Shown: in pieces, positions 8,005 through 17,071 of the stretch | How the letters are laid out: each line of letters begins with the position of its first letter | Numbering within the stretch: position 1 is the first letter of the stretch | Origin: an uncultured Gemmatimonadales bacterium | GTDB taxonomy: Bacteria; Gemmatimonadota; Gemmatimonadetes; Longimicrobiales; RSA9 | NCBI GenBank assembly: GCA_963708135.1 | Contig: OY970192.1 | Location: 1,344,001-1,408,000 of the forward strand | Direction: 5' to 3' | DNA length: 64,000 nt | Notes under the pieces: generated by a model | Databases searched by the model: none | What the model saw: the letters and a program-made list of their open reading frames with translations, nothing else | Told to the model about the DNA's origin: nothing | Translations under genes and position numbers: made by a program

Positions 8005-9716
8005 AGCACCTTCACCTCCGTGACGACGGCGCCCTGTGCGTCGAGCACGTGCACTCCGCAGGCGATGCACGGGTCGAAGGAGTGGACCGTGCGCAGGATC
8101 TCCAGCGGCTGGTCCGGCTTGACGAGCGGGTGGTTGTCCATGAGCGACAGCTCGTACGGCCCCGCCTGCCCCTTCGGATCCCGCGGCGACGCGTTCCACG
8201 TCGTCGGCACGACGCATTGGTAGCGCGAGATCTTGCCGTCCTTGATCTGCACCCAGTGCCCGAGCGCGCCGCGCGGCGCGTCCAGGTAACCGTAGCCCTG
8301 CGCCGTGGCCGGCCATGAGCTCGGATCCCACTTCGACGCGTCGAACGTCTTGGTGTCCCCGCTCTTGATCCGGTCCACCAGCTCGCCGTACCACTTGTTC
8401 ATGCGCCGCGCGAGCACGACGGTCTCGATGGCACGTGCGGCCGTTCGTCCTAGCGTCGAGAAGAGCGCCTCCGGCCCCACCTGCAGCTTGGTGAGTGCGG
8501 CATTCGTGAGTTCCTTCACCTCGGGATGCCCGACCGCATAGGCGACCAGCATGCGCGCCAGCGGACCAACCTCCATCACCTGCCCGTCGTAGCGCGGCGC
8601 CTTCATCCACGTGTACTTCTTCTCGTCCTGCAGGTAGGTCCACGGTGTGGGCGGGCCCGTGTACTTCGGCGTCGTCTCGCCCTCGTAGGGGTGCAGCCCG
8701 ACGTCTTCGCCGCCGCTGTACTCGTACCACGCGCTCGTGACGTACTCCTTCACCTTGTTCTGGTCGTACTCCACGATCTTGGAGAGGTCGCGGTTCAGGA
8801 TGATGCCCCGCGGCAGGTAGAGCGACTTCGGATCGTTGATGCTGCCCTCGGGGAACTCGCCGACCGACAGGTAGTTCTTGGCACCCCCGCCGATCGATGC
8901 CCACTCCTTGTAGAAGCCGGCGATGGCAACCAGGTCCGGCCAGTAGACCTCCTCGACGAAGCGCTGCGCCTTCTGGATCATGCCCTGTACGTCTGTCAGC
9001 CGTGCCGCGTTGATCGTCGCCGTGTCGTTCAGGTTGATGGCCGAGGCCATCCCGCCCACCAGGAAATTCGGGTGCGGGTTCTTGCCGCCGAAGATGGTAT
9101 GCAGCCGGATTACGTCCTTCTGCCAGTCCAGGGCCTCCAGGTAGTGCGCCGTGGCGAGGAGGTTCACCTCGGGCGGCAGCTTGTAGGCCGGATGACCCCA
9201 GTAGCCGTTGGCGAAGATCCCGAGCTGCCCGCTCGCGACGAACGTCTTCAGCCTGTTCTGCACCTCCGCGAAATAGGTCGCGGAGTTGTTCGGCCACGGC
9301 GAGATCGACTTGGCGATCGCCGACGTCTTGACCGGGTCCGCGGACAGCGCGCTCACCACGTCCACCCAGTCCAGCGCATGCAGGTGGTAGAAGTGGATCA
9401 CATGGTCCTGAATGAACTGCATACCGTGTACGAGGTTGCGGATCAGGTTGGCGTTCGGCGGGATCTCGATGCCGAGCGCATCCTCCACGGCCCGGCACGA
9501 CGCCACCGCGTGCACGACCGTGCACACGCCGCAGATGCGCTGCGTGAACGCCCACGCATCCCGCGGGTCGCGGTCCTGCAGGATCGTCTCGATCCCGCGG
9601 AACTGCGTGGACGACGCCCAGGCGTTCGCGATCTTCCCGTTCTCGGCCTGGGCCTCGATCCGGAGGTGCCCCTCGATGCGGGTGATCGGATCGACGACGA
9701 CCTTAGTTCTCGCCAT
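8001..9716 (-). CDS. hyaB: Group 1 membrane-bound [NiFe]-hydrogenase large subunit
   Basis: DPITRIEGH, L1 QRICGVCTVVH, L2 SFDPCIACGVH followed by a cleavable C-terminal extension. Confidence 0.97.
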   Translation of the reverse strand: MARTKVVVDPITRIEGHLRIEAQAENGKIANAWASSTQFRGIETILQDRDPRDAWAFTQRICGVCTVVHAVASCRAVEDALGIEIPPNANLIRNLVHGMQFIQDHVIHFYHLHALDWVDVVSALSADPVKTSAIAKSISPWPNNSATYFAEVQNRLKTFVASGQLGIFANGYWGHPAYKLPPEVNLLATAHYLEALDWQKDVIRLHTIFGGKNPHPNFLVGGMASAINLNDTATINAARLTDVQGMIQKAQRFVEEVYWPDLVAIAGFYKEWASIGGGAKNYLSVGEFPEGSINDPKSLYLPRGIILNRDLSKIVEYDQNKVKEYVTSAWYEYSGGEDVGLHPYEGETTPKYTGPPTPWTYLQDEKKYTWMKAPRYDGQVMEVGPLARMLVAYAVGHPEVKELTNAALTKLQVGPEALFSTLGRTAARAIETVVLARRMNKWYGELVDRIKSGDTKTFDASKWDPSSWPATAQGYGYLDAPRGALGHWVQIKDGKISRYQCVVPTTWNASPRDPKGQAGPYELSLMDNHPLVKPDQPLEILRTVHSFDPCIACGVHVLDAQGAVVTEVKVL

Positions 9717-10860
9717 GCGGCACCTCCTCGCCCTTCGGAGCCTGATTCAGTATCGGAAGCTCGCCACGCCGCTTCTCGCGCGTCCGCTGGATCCCCGTCG
9801 CCGCCGCGTGCGCGGCTACGCCCGCCGTCGCGCCGATCGCCAGAGCGGCGCCCAGCGTGTCCGCGAAGCTCTCCACGCCGAGTCCCGCCACGTCCGGGAG
9901 GCGCCCGTAGAACGGCGTCATCGTGTCCCAGAAGTGCGGCTCGGTGCAGCCGATGCAGGGATGCCCCGCGCCGATCGGCCAGCTCGTGCGCGTGTTCCAC
10001 TGGAAGATCGGGCAGGGCGAGAACGTCGCCGGCCCCTTGCAGCCCACCTTGTACAGGCACCAGCCCTTGCGCGCTGCGTCATCGTCGAACGCCTCGACGT
10101 ACTGCCCGGCGTCGAAGTTGGCCCGCCGCGGGCACTGGTCGTGGATCCGCGCCCCGTACGCGAAGAGCGGCCGCCCCTGGCCATCCAGCTCCGGCAGCCG
10201 GTTGAAGGTGAGGAAGTGCACGACCGTCGCCGTCACGACATCCGCGATCGGTGGACAGCCCGCAATGTTTACCACCGGCTTGTCCTTGACGATGTCCTGC
10301 ACGCCCACGGCGCCTGTCGGATTCGGCCGGGCCGCCTGGACGCTGCCCCAGTGCGCGCACGCGCCCACCGCCACCACCGCCGCGGCTCCCGCCGCCGCCT
10401 CCTTGAGCAGGTCCTCGGCCGTGCGCCCCCCGATCGTCGTGTAGATCCCGTTCTCCTTCGTCGGGATCGACCCCGTCACGATCAGGATGTAGCCCCCCTT
10501 GTTCGCCTCCATCGACTTCATCATCGCGCCGTCCGCCTGCAGCCCGGCCGCCGCCATGATCGTCTCCTGGTAGTCCAGCGAAATGACGTCCAGCACCAGG
10601 TCACCGATCGTCGGCGCATCCGACCGCAGCACGCTCTCCGTGCACCCGGTGCACTCCTGCAGGGACAGCCAGATGACGGTCGGGCGCTTCACCGCGGCCA
10701 GCGCACGCGCCATCTTCGGCGTGGCCAGCTCGCTCAGCCCGAGGATCACCGCGAACTCCCCGCAGAACGCGAGAAAGTCCCGTCGGCTTACGCCCCGCTT
10801 CTTGAGGTAGGCGCCCAGGGTTTCCCCTTCGGCCCACGGCTCGGGGTTCGGGAAGTACAT
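9703..10860 (-). CDS. hyaA: Group 1 [NiFe]-hydrogenase small subunit with Tat signal and C-terminal membrane anchor
   Basis: SRRDFL Tat motif, ECTGCTES, GCPP, HDQCPRR, CLYKVGCKGP, HPCIGC, hydrophobic C-terminal helix. Confidence 0.97.
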   Translation of the reverse strand: MYFPNPEPWAEGETLGAYLKKRGVSRRDFLAFCGEFAVILGLSELATPKMARALAAVKRPTVIWLSLQECTGCTESVLRSDAPTIGDLVLDVISLDYQETIMAAAGLQADGAMMKSMEANKGGYILIVTGSIPTKENGIYTTIGGRTAEDLLKEAAAGAAAVVAVGACAHWGSVQAARPNPTGAVGVQDIVKDKPVVNIAGCPPIADVVTATVVHFLTFNRLPELDGQGRPLFAYGARIHDQCPRRANFDAGQYVEAFDDDAARKGWCLYKVGCKGPATFSPCPIFQWNTRTSWPIGAGHPCIGCTEPHFWDTMTPFYGRLPDVAGLGVESFADTLGAALAIGATAGVAAHAAATGIQRTREKRRGELPILNQAPKGEEVPHGEN

Positions 10861-10884
10861 TGGCAGCCTCTCCGGTTGCTCTGC

Positions 10885-11211
10885 TCAGGGAAGGAACTTC
10901 AGGACCGTCTGCCCGCCTGCCTGCGCCACGCGCACCGCCTCATCCCGGCCCCCGGCGCCCGACAGCACGTCCACCGCCGTGGGCGCGCTCACGCTTCTCG
11001 TCAGGTGCGCCTCCACGCTCGCCAGCGCCCCCAGCATGATCTCCACGCGGTCATCCCGCGGATCGTACGCGACCCCGCGCAGCGCCAGCCCGTGTACCTC
11101 CTCCTGCGCGCCCACCTCGGGGTCGTCCACCTCGAGGAACGTGCGCCGGCCCGCGTTGCGCTTCGTGAACTCCTCCAGCTCTCTCCGCCACATTGCCGTT
11201 TCGGCCCTCAT
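10885..11211 (-). CDS. DUF5335-like small protein
   Basis: W..L..FT..N.GR...LEV...GAQEE..GL.LRG..YD pattern. Ends 24 bp upstream of the small-subunit start. Confidence 0.7.
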   Translation of the reverse strand: MRAETAMWRRELEEFTKRNAGRRTFLEVDDPEVGAQEEVHGLALRGVAYDPRDDRVEIMLGALASVEAHLTRSVSAPTAVDVLSGAGGRDEAVRVAQAGGQTVLKFLP

Positions 11212-11660
11212 GGCCCGACTCCCGTTGGGGGGGTGCGGAGCATTCTCCCTGAACAACGCGTACCAATCCGCGACGCGCCCGGAGGCCTGCCCAGATTCGC
11301 GGGAAACCCGCGCCGTTACGCGAAAAGTGATCTGCCCGGCCCGCGTCCTCGCCGCGCCGGGGACATTCGGCCTCACGCCATCCTGTCCCAGGGCTGGGGC
11401 GGTGTGACCAAAGGCGACCCGGGCGCGGGCGGACGCGCGCCGGCCCCCGATTGGGACTAAGTGTCCGCAGCCGCCGTGGCGGGGCGCCGGCCGACGCCTC
11501 GCGCGCAACCTCGTAACCGTTGGCGCTGGCAGGGAATGCGGCAGGGGGACCTCGCGCGCCGCGTCGGGGCATGCATCTCGTACCAATGCGCGGCGGGGGT
11601 GCCGGCGCGAAGTGGCGCCTCGCTCCCCGGAGCGAACGGATCATGGGCAAGGAGGAGCAG

Positions 11661-12608
11661 ATGTCCACGATGGAGCTCCTGGCCGCAGAAGCGGCGGTCG
11701 CGGCGGAGCCGCCGGCCCTCCCGGAGGTGGCGGTGGGGCACGTGCTCGTGGGCAGCGACGGGTCGGCGGCGGCGGAGGCCGCGCTGCGCGTTGCGGCGGC
11801 GCTCTCGACCGAGCGCGGCGCGGAGATCGAGGTGCTCACGGTGCTCGAGCCGCTGCCGGTGTACGAGGGCGGCTACGTCCCGGCGTTGCCGTACGGCGAG
11901 ATCGATGAAGCCCGCGAGCGGGAGCGGAGCGCGCGGGTGCGGAAGCAGCTCCTGGCCCTCGGCGAGGTGGACTCCGACTGGCCGCTGGAGCTCGGGCGCG
12001 GGCGGGCCGCGGAGACGTTGGCGGCGCGGGCGGTGGCTTCCGGCGCGCGTCTGGTGGTGGTCGGGATCGGCCGGCACCGGCCGGTGGATCGGCTCCTGGG
12101 AAGCGAGACGGCGCTGCAGCTGGTGCGGCGCTCGCCGGTCCCCGTCCTGGCGGTGCACCCGTCCGCGCCAGCGCTTCCTCGGCGCGTGCTGGTCGGGACG
12201 GACTTCAGCGCGTCGAGCGGTCGCGCGCTGCGAGTCGCGCTGTCCCTGATGGGCGCGGGGGGCGAGCTCGACGTGGTGCACGTTCAGCCGGCGGTCGAGC
12301 TGCCGGGAGAGGCGGAACGGGACTGGACGGTGGGCTATGCCCGCGAGATCGACGCGCAGTTCGCTCGCCTTCTCGCCAGCCTGCAACTGCCGCGCGGGGT
12401 GCGGGTGCGTACCGAGCGGGTGGAGGGAGATCCAGCCGCACAGCTGATGGCCCATGCCGAGCGGATGGGCGCGGACCTCGTGGCGGTCGGCAGCCATGGC
12501 CGCTCGTACCTCGAGCGGCTGCTCGTGGGAAGCGTCGCCACCCGGGTGCTGCGCTCCTCGCACACGTCCGTGCTCGTAGCCCCGCCGGAGGTCGCGCCCG
12601 CGGCGTGA
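11661..12608 (+). CDS. Universal stress protein, tandem USP domains
   Basis: VLVGSDGS, LLGSETA, VLVGTDFS, GSHGRS...LVGSVATRVL. GGAGGAG RBS before ATG 11661. Confidence 0.93.
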   Translation: MSTMELLAAEAAVAAEPPALPEVAVGHVLVGSDGSAAAEAALRVAAALSTERGAEIEVLTVLEPLPVYEGGYVPALPYGEIDEARERERSARVRKQLLALGEVDSDWPLELGRGRAAETLAARAVASGARLVVVGIGRHRPVDRLLGSETALQLVRRSPVPVLAVHPSAPALPRRVLVGTDFSASSGRALRVALSLMGAGGELDVVHVQPAVELPGEAERDWTVGYAREIDAQFARLLASLQLPRGVRVRTERVEGDPAAQLMAHAERMGADLVAVGSHGRSYLERLLVGSVATRVLRSSHTSVLVAPPEVAPAA

Positions 12609-12640
12609 CGGCGGGCGAGCCCCGACATGGGCGGACGGCG

Positions 12641-12847
12641 TCAGCGCTCGTCTTCGGCCGCCCGGTTGAGCGCGCCCAGGAGCGTGATGGCGTCCGCGCC
12701 GTCGCGCTCCGCCGCCTGCGCGATGCTGGCTTCGCCGCCGCAGCACGCGTCGATTCCGAACTGGTTGAAGATCGCCACCGTGTCCGGGAACAGGCGGATC
12801 GCCTTGTTCACCGACATCGTGGGCGGGATCAGGATCTGGACCTCCAT
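12641..12847 (-). CDS. Stand-alone ScdA_N/DUF542 domain protein
   Basis: FPDTVAIFNQFGIDACCGG motif of the RIC/ScdA N-terminal domain. GGAGGAG RBS. Confidence 0.8.
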   Translation of the reverse strand: MEVQILIPPTMSVNKAIRLFPDTVAIFNQFGIDACCGGEASIAQAAERDGADAITLLGALNRAAEDER

Positions 12848-12908
12848 CAGCTCCTCCTCCGCTCGCGAGCGGCAGGTGTAGGAATTTCGTTGCACGCGAC
12901 GACCCCCT

Positions 12909-13403
12909 TCAGCCACCCCTCGCCAGCCGCACGGCGGCGATGACCAGCACCAGCCCGACCACCACGTTGATGCGCGCCGTCCACGCCGCCTGCCGCCGCA
13001 GCGCCTGCGCCCGGGCCGAGCCCGGCTGCAGCGCCGAGGCCGCCGGGCCGATCGCGAAATCGTGGACCGCCTGCGCCACGAGCATCACGAGGACGCAGCC
13101 CAGCTTCCAGGCGAGCGCGGTCCCGAAAGGCGTGCCCCAGAACCGCGTCGAGCCGAGCACGCTCCAGGACAGCACGCCGCGGAAGTAGAGGTTCCCCACG
13201 CCCGTCACCAGCAGCACCGCGAGCGCGCTCCAGCCCGCGACCCGGAACTGGCGCCCGAGCCTGCGGAACAACTCCGCCCGCAGCGCCGGCGGCTCGACCG
13301 CCCGCAGCACCGGGGCGCCCACGACGGCGAGGAAGAAGATCCCGCCCAGCCAGAACAGCGCGGCCAGCACGTGCAGCGTCACGTTCAGGTAGTACGGCGA
13401 CAC
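12909..13403 (-). CDS. CopD/DUF4149-like four-TM membrane protein
   Basis: LHVLAALFWLGG, L..KL..V, HDF..GP. Confidence 0.75.
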   Translation of the reverse strand: MSPYYLNVTLHVLAALFWLGGIFFLAVVGAPVLRAVEPPALRAELFRRLGRQFRVAGWSALAVLLVTGVGNLYFRGVLSWSVLGSTRFWGTPFGTALAWKLGCVLVMLVAQAVHDFAIGPAASALQPGSARAQALRRQAAWTARINVVVGLVLVIAAVRLARGG

Positions 13404-13678
13404 GTCGGGTCACGTCCGGTTCCGGGTGCGAGCAGGGGCGGCGCCATCGCGGGACCGGTCCGCGACCGTCCCCGACTGGAGAGGAAGCTACGTGCGGCAA
13501 GGGACCGGCTCTGTGGGGAGTCCACGGCATCCAGGGACCGGCAAGGGAGGAAAACGGTGTGGGGAAAACTCCGACGCGAGCGTCTTGCGCCGCCCCGGGC
13601 AGAGCCGCGCCACCCACGCGGTGCAGCATCCTAAGCGCTGTGACCACAGTCAGTTGCATCGGACCGCGGGGGCTTCGA

Positions 13679-13694
13679 CGGAACGTCCCTTGCA
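13679..13694 (+). promoter_or_regulatory. Candidate sigma54 (-24/-12) promoter
   Basis: CGGAACG-TCCC-TTGCA has exact GG-N10-GC spacing, about 85 bp upstream of the ORF at 13780. Confidence 0.5.
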
Positions 13695-13779
13695 CCAATC
13701 GGGTGGGAGAGAGATTTCCGGCCGCTGCCGCACGCCCGCGGCCCCGGCCGTGGCAGCATCGAGTCCGGAGGAGGCCCCC

Positions 13780-14052
13780 ATGGACGATGGCGCAAACCGC
13801 TGCCCGTCGGGTCTGGATCTCTTCTGGGAGCAGGCGGACGCGGAGGCGCTCGGCGAGCACCCGCTTCAGCGCGAGCTGGACCACCGGGTGGACGCGCTGG
13901 CGCGCTACCGGGCGATGATCGTGGAGGCCCATGCGTCGGGCCGGGAGCACCTGGCCACACTGCTAAAGGCCGAGCACGACCGCGAACAGTCGCTCGCGCG
14001 GCGGCTCCGGCACGAGCTCGCCCGGCTGCGTCGTGGGGACGGTGCGGCGTGA
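13780..14052 (+). CDS. Hypothetical helical protein (90 aa)
   Basis: GGAGGAGG RBS, GC3-rich codons, amphipathic helical sequence. Confidence 0.6.
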   Translation: MDDGANRCPSGLDLFWEQADAEALGEHPLQRELDHRVDALARYRAMIVEAHASGREHLATLLKAEHDREQSLARRLRHELARLRRGDGAA

Positions 14053-14080
14053 CGTTTTCCGCGAAAGCAAACAGATGTGC

Positions 14081-14109
14081 TTGACACGCCCCCACGCCCC
14101 GCCTAGCAT
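14081..14109 (+). promoter_or_regulatory. Sigma70 promoter of tRNA-Gln
   Basis: TTGACA-17bp-TAGCAT. Confidence 0.8.
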
Positions 14110-14122
14110 TTCCAGACACCTC

Positions 14123-14195
14123 TGCCCCTTGGTGTAATTGGCAACACGCCTGACTCTGGATCAGGAGAGTCCTGGTTCGACCCCAGGAGGGGCAA
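14123..14195 (+). tRNA. tRNA-Gln(CTG), CCA not encoded
   Basis: Acceptor TGCCCCT/AGGGGCA, anticodon arm CCTGA-CTCTGGA-TCAGG, T-loop GGTTCGA. Confidence 0.95.
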
Positions 14196-14420
14196 CTTCA
14201 CGCACGGACCGCCGCGGAGGCCCCCCGGCCGCCGTGCCCGCGCCCGGCTCACGACAGCCTCGCCGGGAGAAGCCGGTCTCCACACCGTCATCCAGAGCGG
14301 GTCCAGGAGCGACGCGAGATCCCCTCGGCCCGTCCGACCCGGCCTGAGCGGCCGCGGGTCGTTGCGCGATTGCAGGAGGCCCGGCGCCGGCCGGGCGCTC
14401 TCACCGAAGCAACGGAGGCG

Positions 14421-15095
14421 ATGATGGCGGAGCCGTTGACCAAGCTGGAGCGGCGGATCCTGGACTACCTCGTCGATTATCTCCGTCGCAACACCTACCA
14501 GCCGTCCATCCGCGAGATCGGGCGGCGGTTCGACATCAAGAGCACGAAGACGGTCTCCGAGTACCTGCAGGCGCTGGCGGACAAGGGGTGGATCGAGCGC
14601 GACCCGTCGCGCTCGCGCGGCGTTAAGCTGCTCGGCCTGGACCTCCACCCGCAGACGGTGACGGTCCCGCTCTACGCCGCCCATGCCGGCGGTGACGGGG
14701 CGGGGGGTCCGGGGGCGCTGGACGAGCTCGAGCTCGACCGCAGGCTGGCCGGCTCGACCGGCACGTTCTGCGTCGTCATGCGGGGTGACGCGCTGGAGGA
14801 TGCGGGCATCCGCAGCGGGGATCTGCTGCTGGTCGAGCCGGTGGCGCGCGAGGAACTGGAGGACGGCGATGTGGCCGTCCTGCGGATCGCCGGCGAGCTG
14901 GGCGTGCGGCGCTGCTCCCGGCGCGACGGGGCGGTGGTGCTGGAGGCGGCCCGGGCGGGGCAGCCGGGCACGCTGGTTCAGCGCTCCGCGGAGACGACGG
15001 TGCTCGGGCGGGCGACGGGCGTGCTCCGGCGCCTGCGCCAGCCGCTGGCCGCGTCGCCCGCGTCGCCCGTCGCCGGCGCGGAGGCGCCTCGCTGA
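14421..15095 (+). CDS. lexA: LexA-family repressor with degenerate S24 peptidase site
   Basis: N-terminal wHTH PSIREIG...L..L..KGWI.R..SRSR. S24-like C-terminus with GDAL in place of GDSM. Confidence 0.85.
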   Translation: MMAEPLTKLERRILDYLVDYLRRNTYQPSIREIGRRFDIKSTKTVSEYLQALADKGWIERDPSRSRGVKLLGLDLHPQTVTVPLYAAHAGGDGAGGPGALDELELDRRLAGSTGTFCVVMRGDALEDAGIRSGDLLLVEPVAREELEDGDVAVLRIAGELGVRRCSRRDGAVVLEAARAGQPGTLVQRSAETTVLGRATGVLRRLRQPLAASPASPVAGAEAPR

Positions 15096-15098
15096 CGC

Positions 15099-15572
15099 GT
15101 GCTGTGCCTCCCCGAGGCGCCGCTCCCGGAGGATGCGGCGTGGATGCGGCGGGCGCTGGAGGAGGCCCGTACGGCCGCCGTGGCGGATGAGGTGCCGGTC
15201 GGCGCCGTGCTCGTGGCGGATGGACGGGTGCTGGCGGCGGCACACAACCGGACGCGCACCCGTAACGATCCCACCGCGCACGCCGAGATGGAGGTGATGC
15301 GTCGTGCCGGCGAGGTGCTCGGCGGGTGGCGCCTCCTGGAGGCCACGCTCTACGTCACGCTGGAGCCGTGCGCAATGTGCGCCGGCGCGCTCGTGCTCGC
15401 CCGCATTCCCCGCCTCGTCTACGCCGCGCCGGACCCGAAGGCCGGCATGTGCGGCTCCCTCGGCTGCATCATCCAGGACGCGCGGCTCAACCATGGCGTC
15501 CGCCTCACAGCCGGCGTTCTTGCCGAGGAGGCCGGCGCGCTCCTGCGGGACTTCTTCCGGGCGCGGCGCTGA
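15099..15572 (+). CDS. tadA: tRNA adenosine(34) deaminase TadA
   Basis: EVPVGAV, DPTAHAE, TLEPCAMCAGA, DPKAG. Confidence 0.93.
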   Translation: MLCLPEAPLPEDAAWMRRALEEARTAAVADEVPVGAVLVADGRVLAAAHNRTRTRNDPTAHAEMEVMRRAGEVLGGWRLLEATLYVTLEPCAMCAGALVLARIPRLVYAAPDPKAGMCGSLGCIIQDARLNHGVRLTAGVLAEEAGALLRDFFRARR

Positions 15573-16504
15573 TGCGGGTGCTCGTGGCCGCCTCGCTCGC
15601 CCCGTTCCTCGCGGAGGTGGAGCCGCCGGCCGACATCGCCGTCGAGCTTCTCGGCGACGATGCTCCGCTGCCCGCCGGCGACTACGCCGGCATCCTGCCG
15701 CTTCTCACGCGCCGTCTCGGAGCGGAGGAGCTCGCGCGCCTTCCCCGACTGCGCGTCATCGCCAACTACGCCGTGGGCTACGACAACGTGGATGTGGCGG
15801 CCGCCCGCGCGTGCGGCGTGGGGGTGTCGAACACGCCCGATGTGCTCACCGCCGCGACGGCGGAGCTGACCTGGGCGTTGATCCTGGCCGCGGCGCGGCG
15901 GCTCGGGGAGGGGGAGCGTCTCGCGCGCAGCGGGCAGTGGGGCGGCTGGGCGCCGACGGAGCTCCTCGGGATGGGGCTCTCCGGCAAGCTGCTCGGGATC
16001 GTCGGAGCCGGCCGCATCGGCCGCGAGGTGGGCGTGCGCGCGAGGGCGTTCGGCATGCGCGTCGCCTACTGCAGCCGGAGCCGCCCGGATGCGTGGGAGC
16101 GTGAGACCGGCGCGGTCCGGCGGAGCCTCGAGGCGCTGCTGGCCGAGGCGGACGTGTTGACGCTCCACGTGGCGCTCGCGCCGGAGACCGCCGGGCTGAT
16201 CGACCGCGCGGCCCTGGCGCGCATGAAGCCCGGCGCGATCCTGATCAACACCGCCCGGGGCGGGATCGTGGACGAGGACGCCCTTGGCGTGGCGCTCGCG
16301 AGCGGCCGGCTCCGTGCGGCGGGGCTGGACGTCTACACCGCCGAGCCGCGCATCCCGGATGCGCTGCGCCGCCTGGAGAGCGTCGTGCTGCTCCCGCACA
16401 TCGGCAGCGCGACCGAGGAGGCGCGGCGCGGAATGTTCCGCGTCGCCTGGGAAAATCTGCTGCGGGGAGCTCGCGGCGAGCCGCTGCTGAACCCCGTCCC
16501 CTGA
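15572..16504 (+). CDS. D-glycerate/2-hydroxyacid dehydrogenase
   Basis: AVGYDNVD, NTPDVLT, GAGRIG, INTARG, GLDV..EP, PHIGSAT. Confidence 0.92.
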   Translation: MRVLVAASLAPFLAEVEPPADIAVELLGDDAPLPAGDYAGILPLLTRRLGAEELARLPRLRVIANYAVGYDNVDVAAARACGVGVSNTPDVLTAATAELTWALILAAARRLGEGERLARSGQWGGWAPTELLGMGLSGKLLGIVGAGRIGREVGVRARAFGMRVAYCSRSRPDAWERETGAVRRSLEALLAEADVLTLHVALAPETAGLIDRAALARMKPGAILINTARGGIVDEDALGVALASGRLRAAGLDVYTAEPRIPDALRRLESVVLLPHIGSATEEARRGMFRVAWENLLRGARGEPLLNPVP

Positions 16505-16524
16505 AGGCGAGAAGGGAGGCCCGC

Positions 16525-16953
16525 GTGGCCGCGACGCACCCACCGATGGGCGGCCTGCACGAGGCCGCCCTCTACGTTTCCGATCTGGAGCGGGCCGAGC
16601 GTTTCTGGACCCGTCTCGGGCTGCCGCTCGTGGGCCGCGCGCGCGGACGGCACGTGTTCCTCCGGGCGGGCGCGGACCTGCTGCTCCTGTTCGATCCCCG
16701 CGCCACCATGCTCGTGGGCGTGGTGGGCAGCCCGGCCGGGCAGGCGCCGCCGCACGGGGCGGTGGGACAGGGCCACGTCGCCTTCGACGTGCAGGGCGAG
16801 GAGGCGCTCCAGGCGTGGCGCCGGCACCTGGCGGATGCGCTCGTCCCGATCGAGACGGAATTGTATTGGCCAGGTGGTGGAACGTCCCTCTACTTCCGCG
16901 ACCCGGACGGCAACAGCATCGAGCTGATTACGCGCGGGACCTGGGGGTTCTGA
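16525..16953 (+). CDS. VOC/glyoxalase family protein
   Basis: E.ALYVSDLERA, HVAF, SLYFRDPDGNSIEL. Confidence 0.88.
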   Translation: MAATHPPMGGLHEAALYVSDLERAERFWTRLGLPLVGRARGRHVFLRAGADLLLLFDPRATMLVGVVGSPAGQAPPHGAVGQGHVAFDVQGEEALQAWRRHLADALVPIETELYWPGGGTSLYFRDPDGNSIELITRGTWGF

Positions 16954-17071
16954 GCCCCGTCACCGTGCGGCCCCCGGGGCGCGGCGCTCGCACGCGCCTT
17001 GCACGTGCGCAAGCGGGTCGGCGCCTCTCGCGCCGTGCCTCCGAGCGCTGCCAATCCGGGAGGAGGATGAT

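Noticed and set aside
7258..9555. 765-aa ORF suggesting a long cytochrome b fusion
   Set aside because: The upstream part is an alternative frame over the large subunit. The real gene starts at 8004.
14123..14195. tRNA-Gln (and the tRNA at 37605) as integration sites of an island
   Set aside because: No integrase, no duplicated tRNA 3' end, and no compositional shift seen next to either tRNA.
14288..14350. ATCCAGAGCGG... upstream of lexA resembling the start of a SAM-I riboswitch
   Set aside because: The GCAACC core and P1 closure are absent, and the downstream gene is unrelated to sulfur metabolism.
16988..17003. TCGCACG-N4-TTGCA as a sigma54 promoter for the 70-aa gene
   Set aside because: The invariant -24 GG is replaced by CG.
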